Shown piece by piece: positions 56,378-64,000 of a stretch of 64,000 bases of DNA. The stretch lies in the IMG/VR virus record IMGVR_UViG_3300027320_000003, positions 70,192 to 134,191 of that record, one strand, 5' to 3'. Made by a program: the position numbers and the translations under genes. The notes below the pieces were generated by a model that saw nothing but the letters and a program-made list of their open reading frames with translations, was not told the origin of the DNA and did no database searches. Positions within the stretch are counted from its first letter, which is position 1. Every line of letters begins with the position of its first letter. Origin of the DNA: a virus (taxonomy: Duplodnaviria > Heunggongvirae > Uroviricota > Caudoviricetes).

Positions 56378-57070
56378 GTGGATGAGAAATCTAAAACAAT
56401 TAAGAAATCCAGTAAGAAGCCACTTCCGAGAAGTGGCTGGGTAGTAGCTATGTCAAAAGAAGAGCGCTTGCATAAGTTGAGGACAATTGACGCAGAGAAG
56501 CTTCTCAGCGTGTTATTGGACGATCCACCGAGTGCGCTATCCGAGAAGGTGTCTGATTCGCCGGACTATAACGAAGTCTTGTTTAAGATTGACCGATGGA
56601 TGCCTGAGGACTGCGAAGACGAGATGCAGGAGTACCACGCTCTGATCGACGCTGGAGACATCGCTGGCCTAACTGATCTCATCAGAAACGCGGCTGACAG
56701 TGTGAGGTTGCAACGTTATATGCCAAAAGGAGGCAGCATCCAAGGTTTGGCCAAGTTTATCATTAGCCGCGAGTCCAGAACAGAATCTGAAGACGCTGCC
56801 AAGGTGAATGGTGGATTCAAGAAGTCTGTCGCCGAGATTGGCCGAGCCACTGGAATTACCTTCAAACCAGCTGGAAGCAAAGTATTTCGTGGGTCTATCA
56901 CTGTAGACGACCAGAAATATGACGTTTCTTTAGCTGAGCAGGATAGCGGAGAATCTATTTCTCTGTACGTGAACGGTGCTGACGACGTGTATAGGAGAAC
57001 CTATAAAGACAGCAGCGTTGGACAAAAAGCAGTTATCGCTGCCATTAAGGATTGCATCGGACTAGACTAA
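56378..57070 (+). CDS. hypothetical protein
   Basis: 230-aa ORF; GTG start in the track. Confidence 0.4.
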   Translation: MDEKSKTIKKSSKKPLPRSGWVVAMSKEERLHKLRTIDAEKLLSVLLDDPPSALSEKVSDSPDYNEVLFKIDRWMPEDCEDEMQEYHALIDAGDIAGLTDLIRNAADSVRLQRYMPKGGSIQGLAKFIISRESRTESEDAAKVNGGFKKSVAEIGRATGITFKPAGSKVFRGSITVDDQKYDVSLAEQDSGESISLYVNGADDVYRRTYKDSSVGQKAVIAAIKDCIGLD

Positions 57071-57098
57071 CCATTTGTATTTAAACTAAAGGAAAAAT

Positions 57099-57782
57099 AT
57101 GCCACAGACGCCATTCAAAAATACCTGGGGAAGCAAAGCATCTCAAGGTGGACTCGATCAACAACGCAGTGATTTGTTCTATTGCGATATTAACATTCCC
57201 GCTTCTCTCAATGAGAGTTGGGCAAGCAGCGTTTCATGGGCAGTTGAGAAGGTAACCTTCCCAGCACGTAGCCGCGAAGCTGTGGCAGTTAAGTACTTGA
57301 ATCAAACCAACTACCAAATCGGTGCTGATACTGGTTCGGATGGATTGAACATGACGATTCGTTACGCTTTCAACCAAGACACCGCTAAAGCTCTTGAGAA
57401 ATGGCACTGGCTCATCTCCAACCCACAAACTGGCTCGGTTGCTCTTACTTCCTACGTGAAGACAGACGGTAACATCTATTGGTTAGTACCTGACATGTCA
57501 TCGATCGCCTCAGGGATCAACAGCGATTCATTATCCTCGAGCAACGTCTACAAACTTGGTGGACATTACAGGCTTGAAGGCTGCTGGATTAAGGAATTCA
57601 AACCATCTGACGCTGATATGACGACTGGAACAGGATTAGTCACATACGATCTTCAAATGCAAATCGATCGTTACTATCCTCTCAAACCAAGCGACATGAA
57701 GATCTCGGTTAACGCCGCTGACGGCGCTGTCACTGGTGGATCCGTTATTCTATCCAACACCGTAGTTCTACCGAACGCCTAA
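57099..57782 (+). CDS. hypothetical protein (tail tube candidate by position)
   Basis: Strong SD aaaggaaaaatATG. Lies downstream of the sheath gene. No diagnostic motif. Confidence 0.3.
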   Translation: MPQTPFKNTWGSKASQGGLDQQRSDLFYCDINIPASLNESWASSVSWAVEKVTFPARSREAVAVKYLNQTNYQIGADTGSDGLNMTIRYAFNQDTAKALEKWHWLISNPQTGSVALTSYVKTDGNIYWLVPDMSSIASGINSDSLSSSNVYKLGGHYRLEGCWIKEFKPSDADMTTGTGLVTYDLQMQIDRYYPLKPSDMKISVNAADGAVTGGSVILSNTVVLPNA

Positions 57783-57786
57783 TTGG

Positions 57787-57824
57787 CTTTCCAAAGACCG
57801 TTAACCGTGTAATCTACTCGTATG
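57787..57824 (+). promoter_or_regulatory. conserved promoter-like element, copy 8 (fused to ATG)
   Basis: CTTTCCA-aagaccgttaacc-GTGTAATCTACT-cgt-ATG. Confidence 0.5.
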
Positions 57825-58202
57825 AAAAAATCACCAGCCATTGAGCACCAAGCTAGAAAGCTTGTTGAATTACTAACAGAATCACCTGATCCAAAGAAGG
57901 CTTGGAACATGACAGGAAACGCAGAATTCAAATCGTTTAAACTTGGCGTTGCCTCAGAACTTAAGAAGTCCGGATTTGTTTTAGACACGTCAAGAGCATC
58001 CTCAGACAGGGTTATTAAGGCTCGTTTTGACGACGTTATTTGTGACATAGACTTCAGATTTGAGGATGACGGAAGTCTGTATAAAGTTATCGTAACCCGC
58101 CAGAGACCTATTGGAAAAGTAATATCAACCGTTGACATTGATCGCGATGGTAGACCATACGACGAGTTGCTACCAGAGGTTATCAAATCAGCTATCGGTT
58201 AG
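57822..58202 (+). CDS. hypothetical protein
   Basis: 126-aa ORF with no SD. Confidence 0.45.
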   Translation: MKKSPAIEHQARKLVELLTESPDPKKAWNMTGNAEFKSFKLGVASELKKSGFVLDTSRASSDRVIKARFDDVICDIDFRFEDDGSLYKVIVTRQRPIGKVISTVDIDRDGRPYDELLPEVIKSAIG

Positions 58203-58210
58203 GTCTAAAT

Positions 58211-58657
58211 ATGAAAAAAGTATCCCAAATGACCGATTCTCGCGCCAAGGACCTCCTATCCAAGCTTATCGCTGAGGCACCTATGGTTGCTGACCCAGAC
58301 GTCGAGACAGAGGAAGAGGTTGAAACTGAGGAGGAAGAGGAGACCGAGTACAAACCCGGTAAATCTCCTTTTCGTCCAGGTAAGATCGTCCCAGGTGAAG
58401 AGCCTGCCCCTAAGGCAATGAAGATGCGGATTAAGGAGTCCGCAGGCCATAGCATTATTTCAGCCGATTGGAAATCATACGAGGATTTGTTCAACCAACT
58501 GGTTAAGGAGGTTCGCAAGCTTGGAATTGATGTTCGATCAATCAAGACGGATAGCGATGAGGACGTTTACGTTGTTAGCAAGACCAAGTTGTCACCATCC
58601 GATCTAAAGAAGATAACGGACGAGGTCGACGAGATGATCAACGGTCAAGCTGATTAG
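58211..58657 (+). CDS. hypothetical acidic protein
   Basis: 148 aa with an EEE-rich tract. Confidence 0.4.
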   Translation: MKKVSQMTDSRAKDLLSKLIAEAPMVADPDVETEEEVETEEEEETEYKPGKSPFRPGKIVPGEEPAPKAMKMRIKESAGHSIISADWKSYEDLFNQLVKEVRKLGIDVRSIKTDSDEDVYVVSKTKLSPSDLKKITDEVDEMINGQAD

Positions 58658-58661
58658 TTTA

Positions 58662-58698
58662 CTTTCCACCGTGCACCGTGCGTGTATTCTCCTCTATG
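58662..58698 (+). promoter_or_regulatory. conserved promoter-like element, copy 9 (fused to ATG)
   Basis: CTTTCCA-ccgtgcaccgtgc-GTGTATTCTCCT-ct-ATG. Confidence 0.55.
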
Positions 58699-58977
58699 AA
58701 TACAATCAAGGTTCACCACGAGATCACCGGTTATTTTATTGAGGTCTACAGCACCTCCACCTCAAAGTATCTCGGAAGCATCCAAGTCGCTAATAAACCA
58801 AAGGATTGGAACCCAGGCTACGACAGCCGCACCTACAAACGGTTTACTGCACCACTCCAGGTCTTGGTTGGTGTCAACCGACTAGTCAACATCCCAGCCT
58901 CCGAAAAGGTTCCACTTGAGGTTTACTTTGTACTCCAAATAATGGAAAATCGGTACACCGAGATTCTAGCCTCATGA
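58696..58977 (+). CDS. hypothetical protein
   Basis: Start set at the ATG at 58696; the track starts at the GTG at 58678 inside the motif. Confidence 0.45.
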   Translation: MNTIKVHHEITGYFIEVYSTSTSKYLGSIQVANKPKDWNPGYDSRTYKRFTAPLQVLVGVNRLVNIPASEKVPLEVYFVLQIMENRYTEILAS

Positions 58978-59300
58978 TCAAGGATCAATACGGTCGAGAG
59001 GCATTATATCTGGTCCAGCCAACGCGGTTGGACTATGAGATAGGCTATCCTGACGCTGAAAAACTCACGCTCGAGGGTCGTTTTCGAACATACGGCCTAG
59101 CCGACGAGGAGGGTACAATGCTCAGCAATATTAGGATGCAGTTCAATAGGATTAGCGCTATGAGGATGGCGAAGAATAACAACCTTAGACTAATAGACGA
59201 CTATGACCGTGAGAAGCTCTATGACTACCATAGCTCTTCACCGTTGAACAGATACCTTAACTCTCCGCCACAGGTAAGGATATGGAAAAACGCAGAATAA
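58974..59300 (+). CDS. hypothetical protein
   Basis: 108-aa ORF with ATGA overlap. Confidence 0.4.
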   Translation: MIKDQYGREALYLVQPTRLDYEIGYPDAEKLTLEGRFRTYGLADEEGTMLSNIRMQFNRISAMRMAKNNNLRLIDDYDREKLYDYHSSSPLNRYLNSPPQVRIWKNAE

Positions 59301-59620
59301 GTAACGCTCTCGCACTGAATATCACGTCACAGACGATTGTGGCATACAGGTACCATACTCCTCCGCCATACAGGGCAGGAAATTGCTTCTCGGTGAATAC
59401 GGACCAAGGTGCCAACCACGAGGCCAGAATCGTCAACTGCCATGTTGAAAACCTTGAGATTCTACTCAGGGGACAGGTGGTGACATGGCCGATTAAGATC
59501 AAGCTCATAGACGGCAAGTATGCGATGTTCTGCGACCGTAGAATTCCTGAGGACTGGCTTCTCAAGCAACCATGCGACATATGCACTCCGGAGAGAATCC
59601 TGGATGCTTTAACGAGATAG
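59282..59620 (+). CDS. hypothetical protein
   Basis: 112-aa ORF. Confidence 0.35.
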   Translation: MEKRRISNALALNITSQTIVAYRYHTPPPYRAGNCFSVNTDQGANHEARIVNCHVENLEILLRGQVVTWPIKIKLIDGKYAMFCDRRIPEDWLLKQPCDICTPERILDALTR

Positions 59621-59623
59621 ACT

Positions 59624-59845
59624 ATGGCAAACTATAAAATCACCTTGACCGTAACCGCCTCGAGCGGTGCCTCCGAGGCCGACATGCGCACCCACATGAA
59701 TGCTGTCAAGCATCACCTCGAGAGTCACGCTGAGGCCCTAAACTACGCTGAAGGCGTATGGAACGTAATTCACGAGGGATGGGATGACGCACCTAGTCAC
59801 CGGATCACCTTCGTGGTTGACGTCGAAGCTAAGTGTAACCCGTAG
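59624..59845 (+). CDS. hypothetical protein
   Basis: 73-aa ORF. Confidence 0.35.
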   Translation: MANYKITLTVTASSGASEADMRTHMNAVKHHLESHAEALNYAEGVWNVIHEGWDDAPSHRITFVVDVEAKCNP

Positions 59846-59867
59846 CCATAATAGGCCTGAAGAAAGA

Positions 59868-59904
59868 CTTTCCACCGTGCACCGTGTGTGTATTCTCCTA
59901 TATG
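59868..59904 (+). promoter_or_regulatory. conserved promoter-like element, copy 10 (fused to ATG)
   Basis: CTTTCCA-ccgtgcaccgtgt-GTGTATTCTCCT-at-ATG. Nearly identical to copy 9. Confidence 0.55.
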
Positions 59905-60900
59905 CCAACCAACACGTCTTACCTACCAGGCCAGCCAATCCTAATTAAGATTGAGACTGGAGCCATCGTATCCGGTATCGTATCGGAAGAACCTTATTGT
60001 CACGGACTCACCATCCTCCACGGCGACAAGAAGTATTATCGCAGTTGGAGGAAGATTGACCGCCACAACAATCGCGAGGTCACTCCAGTTTGTTTTCAAG
60101 TATCTGAACCTGAGGTAACTGTTGCAACCGTATCAGAGGTACCAATAGCCCAGGTAGCTCCAATCACCACGGTTGAACCTGAGCCTAACCAGCAGGCCGA
60201 CGATCTAATTGAACGTGCCTTCAACGTCAACACCCGCTACATGTTTGTTGATAAGCTGGTTGACATGGTGGTTGGTGGCAGCTCGAACAGTCTTGTTATT
60301 ACCGGACCCGGCGGTATGGGTAAAAGCTACTCCATCTTCAACCGGTTGAAACTTAACGAACTCGGTGATGCTGACTACCACGTCGTTAAAGGTTTCTCAA
60401 CTCCTAAGGCTCTCTATCGCACCCTTCATGAACAGAACGGTAAGATTGTGGTGTTTGACGACTGCGACAGCGTACTTCAAAATGACACAGCTACCAACAT
60501 TCTTAAGGGAGCGCTCGATAGCTACAGCATCCGGGAGATTTCGTGGTTAACTGACGCTGGCAGCCGTGACAGTCTTCCAAACCGATTTGAATTTAATGGA
60601 CGAGTGATCTTTATCTCAAATCTTCACCTCTCTAAAGTACCTCAGCCAATTCAAAGTCGCGCCCTGTTTGTAGATCTTTCGATGACACCTGATGAGAAGA
60701 TTGAACGTATCACCGCTATTGCACCTAGCCTTGCGGGTGATATCGATCACGATCAACGGATGGAGTGCATCGAGTTACTGAACCACATGCGTAACCGAGT
60801 ACGCGATTTAAACTACCGAACCTTTATGAAAGTCGCTCGGATTCGTAAAGAGAACCCTAACTGTTGGCGTGAAATGTCAACCTACATGATAACAGCATGA
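59902..60900 (+). CDS. P-loop NTPase (AAA-like ATPase)
   Basis: Walker A LVITGPGGMGKSYS. Walker B IVVFDDCD. Confidence 0.55.
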   Translation: MPTNTSYLPGQPILIKIETGAIVSGIVSEEPYCHGLTILHGDKKYYRSWRKIDRHNNREVTPVCFQVSEPEVTVATVSEVPIAQVAPITTVEPEPNQQADDLIERAFNVNTRYMFVDKLVDMVVGGSSNSLVITGPGGMGKSYSIFNRLKLNELGDADYHVVKGFSTPKALYRTLHEQNGKIVVFDDCDSVLQNDTATNILKGALDSYSIREISWLTDAGSRDSLPNRFEFNGRVIFISNLHLSKVPQPIQSRALFVDLSMTPDEKIERITAIAPSLAGDIDHDQRMECIELLNHMRNRVRDLNYRTFMKVARIRKENPNCWREMSTYMITA

Positions 60901-61346
60901 GTATGAATGAGATGCATCCCGTCCCGTTTGTCTTTAGCACATTGCTTGCTATAGCGGTCATAGTTACCATCACATGGAAGCTAGTCCTCCTCATACAGGA
61001 TTACATCGCAACTCGAGATGGACAACCTCTCGCGAATAGTCACGAGAGTGAGTTGATCGCCAGTCTAGTGGATAACACAAATCGAGTTAGCAGATGCTCT
61101 TTTCACCTCGGCATATGGACAATGCGTGGACCAGATTATCGACTGAGCCCGTTTGGACTTACCACAGGCAACAATGAAGCCGTGTTTAAGCTATCCTACG
61201 GCCAGTATAGGAGAATTCGAAAGCGATATCTCGCTGCATGGAAAGATGCACAGCGCGAAATCGTTCTGGCGCACTCAAGGAATCGTGCCATAGGACTAAT
61301 TCCAACATCCGCCGCAAATCAGGCTATTGTCGAGGAGCACCGATGA
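60897..61346 (+). CDS. membrane protein
   Basis: N-terminal TM helix VPFVFSTLLAIAVIVTITWKLVLLI. Confidence 0.4.
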   Translation: MSMNEMHPVPFVFSTLLAIAVIVTITWKLVLLIQDYIATRDGQPLANSHESELIASLVDNTNRVSRCSFHLGIWTMRGPDYRLSPFGLTTGNNEAVFKLSYGQYRRIRKRYLAAWKDAQREIVLAHSRNRAIGLIPTSAANQAIVEEHR

Positions 61347-61834
61347 CACACCCGATGTCCTTGGTTGTGCAGGTTCTATTCTATACCATTGCCACCTGTG
61401 GCGTGCTAGCTATCATCGCGTGGGTTGGTTACGATTTTTATTGTGCCGTTAAGGCTAGCCGAAACACTGGATCTGATGGTTTCGAGTATGACAGGGTTGA
61501 AGTGTGTAGCGTGATTTCAGCCATGGCGATATCTGCGCATACGGTGCACAGATCAATGTTTACGCTGACCGTCGCTTTTACGGTTGGCGAAATGGACGTG
61601 CGTTATCCTAATTTAGGTGCCTGTACCTCGACCGTTCACGTAACTATATTTGGCGTATACCAATCAAGCTACCGCCTATATAAGTTGAATCCTATTCAAT
61701 ACTGGCAGACAAGACGGGCATTTCTAGGCCTCTACACGGAGAGTCAAAAATCAAACCGAACATCGCAACTTAACGCCGCTATCAATAGAATTAGCCCAGC
61801 TGCACGGGCGAATGCGGCATTAATGGAGGAATAA
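61343..61834 (+). CDS. membrane protein
   Basis: ATG at 61343 (ATGA overlap) gives MTHPMSLVVQVLFYTIATCGVLAIIAWVGY. The track start is upstream in the same frame. Confidence 0.35.
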   Translation: MTHPMSLVVQVLFYTIATCGVLAIIAWVGYDFYCAVKASRNTGSDGFEYDRVEVCSVISAMAISAHTVHRSMFTLTVAFTVGEMDVRYPNLGACTSTVHVTIFGVYQSSYRLYKLNPIQYWQTRRAFLGLYTESQKSNRTSQLNAAINRISPAARANAALMEE

Positions 61835-61837
61835 AAT

Positions 61838-62326
61838 ATGGACCTCTCATCTAAGGATCAACAATTGTTTGTAGTACTTATCGGCGCCATCGGTGTACCG
61901 TTGGCGCTTTCCATGATCGCTACTCTTATTCTACAACCAGACTGGTGGAATAAGACGCTGGCCGTTCTTACGCTCGGATCTAGGCACCGCCATGGACCAG
62001 AGATAGTAGAGGCCATCATTTATATGGCTAACCATCCAGTCCATCCACGCGATCCACGAACTGGTTTTTACTGCCTAAACATCTGCATGACCTCAATTAA
62101 ATTTCAGGCACCGTACGGATATACGGTGGTGTACCCGTGGCGCATCGATTCGTGTAAGAGACACGTCACTAGAATTGGAATAATCGAATACATTAGAATC
62201 TACAGGGCAATGTCTGAACTTAGCCGGCGATTGGCGCGGGCCGCGGATGACGAAGTGATCGCGGGTATTGTAGCACAAATCGTTCCAAAATGCGTGGCTG
62301 AGTCGAACATTATTGACGAGTCATAG
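61838..62326 (+). CDS. membrane protein
   Basis: N-terminal TM helix LFVVLIGAIGVPLALSMIATLIL. Confidence 0.4.
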   Translation: MDLSSKDQQLFVVLIGAIGVPLALSMIATLILQPDWWNKTLAVLTLGSRHRHGPEIVEAIIYMANHPVHPRDPRTGFYCLNICMTSIKFQAPYGYTVVYPWRIDSCKRHVTRIGIIEYIRIYRAMSELSRRLARAADDEVIAGIVAQIVPKCVAESNIIDES

Positions 62327-62369
62327 CTAAATAGCAACCTCCCCTTACACAACCAGGATTCTAGCATGC

Positions 62370-63800
62370 ATGAAAATTGCAATCGTCATGGCAAATGGGA
62401 TGGACGGATATGGAGCCACCACCTGGGCAGTTGAACTCTCCAAATACCTCACCAATCGTGGAATCGAGAACGGTCTCTACTGTTATGACAGGTTCATCAG
62501 TAAAAACCGGCCAAAATCCACCTTCACGGTAGTTGATGACTGGCAGGCGTTCTCGCAGGAGATTGTCACTGCCGGTTACACTAACGCCATCTTCCCATCA
62601 CTTCCAAAGGAAAACCTTGGGATTGACACATGCCTAGGCTTTGTTGAATTTCTACGGGCCATCAAAGGGCGAGTTAGTTTAACGTCATACATCCTCGAGA
62701 ACATCACCTCCACTGGCTTCAAGATACCATTCATCCTCAGAATCCTAGCCCTCATGGATGTGATCGGTCACTATAACGTTGACACCTGGCTTGGTCAGTA
62801 TGTTGTCAAACTAGGAATGCAGGATCGTTTTCGGCAGTTTCCGGCCGTCTACGACGTCGAAGGTCACCTTGCCGAGGCCAATAGGTACATGATGGAGAAT
62901 AACTGCGAGATTGAAAATCGCCCACCAGGTATCTGCACCGCTGGTCGTGGTGCCTCGTGGAAACGGTATGATGATTCAGTTCGTCTGATGCGTAAGGTTC
63001 ATGACCTTGATCCAACCTGGAAGATGAACCTCTACGGCTATCAGGGTGGTACTGGTTGTCAGAGCCTGTGGCTCCAACACGAGCACAAGGATTACATTAA
63101 GGTGATCTGCGGCAAGGGTGATGGTACCTATCCTGACACCTATATCACCAACCGCTCGGAGCCACCGATCGTAGCTACGTCTGGGTATAGCCACACCGTT
63201 CTCCCAGGTCTATTAACCCAGCACAGCTTTGGCAATTCGTTCTACCAACTCGCCGACCGCCATGGGTATGGTAGTAAGTTGGAATATGCACAGATGGAGA
63301 TGATGCTATACACCGTTGGTGTATTCTCGGGCCACACCCTAAACGGAAACTTCTCGCATCACGATAACAATAAGAAGTTCATTGATTACCCGGCGTTCTG
63401 CATAACGATGGACCCGGCTAACATCACTGATCTCGACGCTAGAGACCTGCTTGACGTGTACGCCGACAAGCCGCTAATGAGAACGCTGATGCACAATGCG
63501 GTTGACTTTATGCAGGCTGAGTGTGGTTGGGACACTTGTGATAATTTTATGGGAATCTTTGGACATGATACCTCCGCCACTATCGAGGACGTAATGATTG
63601 ACCGCCTCTACCGAGACGGTGTCGCCGCGGAGGTTAAAGCCGCAATTCCTGATGGTAAGAAGTGGATGTGGAATTCACCGTATTCAATAAAGAATGGGCA
63701 AATCTCCGTCTATGACGAAGCAACCCTAGCTGTTGAGAAATTTAAGCTGCCATTTAAAGTGAAGTTAGCGATTGCAACTACGGACGAATCCGATGAGTAA
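62370..63800 (+). CDS. hypothetical protein (possible GT-B-fold glycosyltransferase)
   Basis: The N-terminus MKIAIVMANGMDGYGATTWAVEL resembles the first Rossmann strand of GT-B enzymes. This is weak. Confidence 0.3.
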   Translation: MKIAIVMANGMDGYGATTWAVELSKYLTNRGIENGLYCYDRFISKNRPKSTFTVVDDWQAFSQEIVTAGYTNAIFPSLPKENLGIDTCLGFVEFLRAIKGRVSLTSYILENITSTGFKIPFILRILALMDVIGHYNVDTWLGQYVVKLGMQDRFRQFPAVYDVEGHLAEANRYMMENNCEIENRPPGICTAGRGASWKRYDDSVRLMRKVHDLDPTWKMNLYGYQGGTGCQSLWLQHEHKDYIKVICGKGDGTYPDTYITNRSEPPIVATSGYSHTVLPGLLTQHSFGNSFYQLADRHGYGSKLEYAQMEMMLYTVGVFSGHTLNGNFSHHDNNKKFIDYPAFCITMDPANITDLDARDLLDVYADKPLMRTLMHNAVDFMQAECGWDTCDNFMGIFGHDTSATIEDVMIDRLYRDGVAAEVKAAIPDGKKWMWNSPYSIKNGQISVYDEATLAVEKFKLPFKVKLAIATTDESDE

Positions 63801-63944
63801 CACTTGGTTTAATCTGATGGTGTTCGGTTTTCACATACAGATGGAACATGGGCGATGGTTACCACGATTTAGCTATAACAAGAACCAGGCCGAAAACAAT
63901 TTTCCAGACGGCTATATTAAGCTATACGATTAGTTAGACTATGA

Positions 63945-64000
63945 AATGTGAGCTATGCGACGGTAGCGGATACGAGAGCGGAAAGTACCCTTGCGTAAGG
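63945..64000 (+). CDS. partial ORF (5' end only)
   Basis: MKCELCDGSGYESGKYPCV, truncated by the end of the window. Confidence 0.2.

Overview
This window looks like part of a large virulent, myovirus-like dsDNA phage genome (about 48-50% GC), with nearly all genes on the + strand. Identifiable content: an RecA/UvsX-family recombinase with a putative gp32-like SSB next to it, a family A DNA polymerase (N-terminal UDG-like domain, in-frame mini-intein), a DnaB-like helicase, both type II topoisomerase subunits, a short NAD-dependent ligase, a DinG/XPD-like Fe-S helicase, an SF2 helicase, a sigma-70-family factor plus two possible divergent sigma-like proteins, a tail sheath, a tape-measure-like protein, three glycosyltransferases, a SAM methyltransferase and many small ORFs. 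The observations I rate highest are: (1) a strictly conserved promoter-like element of about 36 nt (CTTTCCA-N13-GTGTATTCTCCT-N2-ATG) present in at least 10 copies, always on the + strand and mostly fused to the start codon, implying a class of leaderless transcripts; one ATG-less copy sits in front of a roughly 120 nt strongly structured noncoding element. (2) An adjacent Prs-like / Nampt-like gene pair with no NMN adenylyltransferase in the window, which fits the NARP1-type NAD+ reconstitution (anti-defence) pathway, together with the NAD-dependent ligase. (3) An SPFH/prohibitin gene translationally coupled to a 53-aa type IV prepilin-like microprotein, followed by an HD-domain alarmone hydrolase and a lipoprotein. 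(4) A three-member paralog family of bacterial 20-residue IpaH/YopM-type LRR proteins, with a near-perfect 60-bp tandem duplication in one copy. (5) A mini-intein in the polymerase. No CRISPR array, rRNA or clear tRNA was found. Motif coordinates are approximate to about 2 nt.
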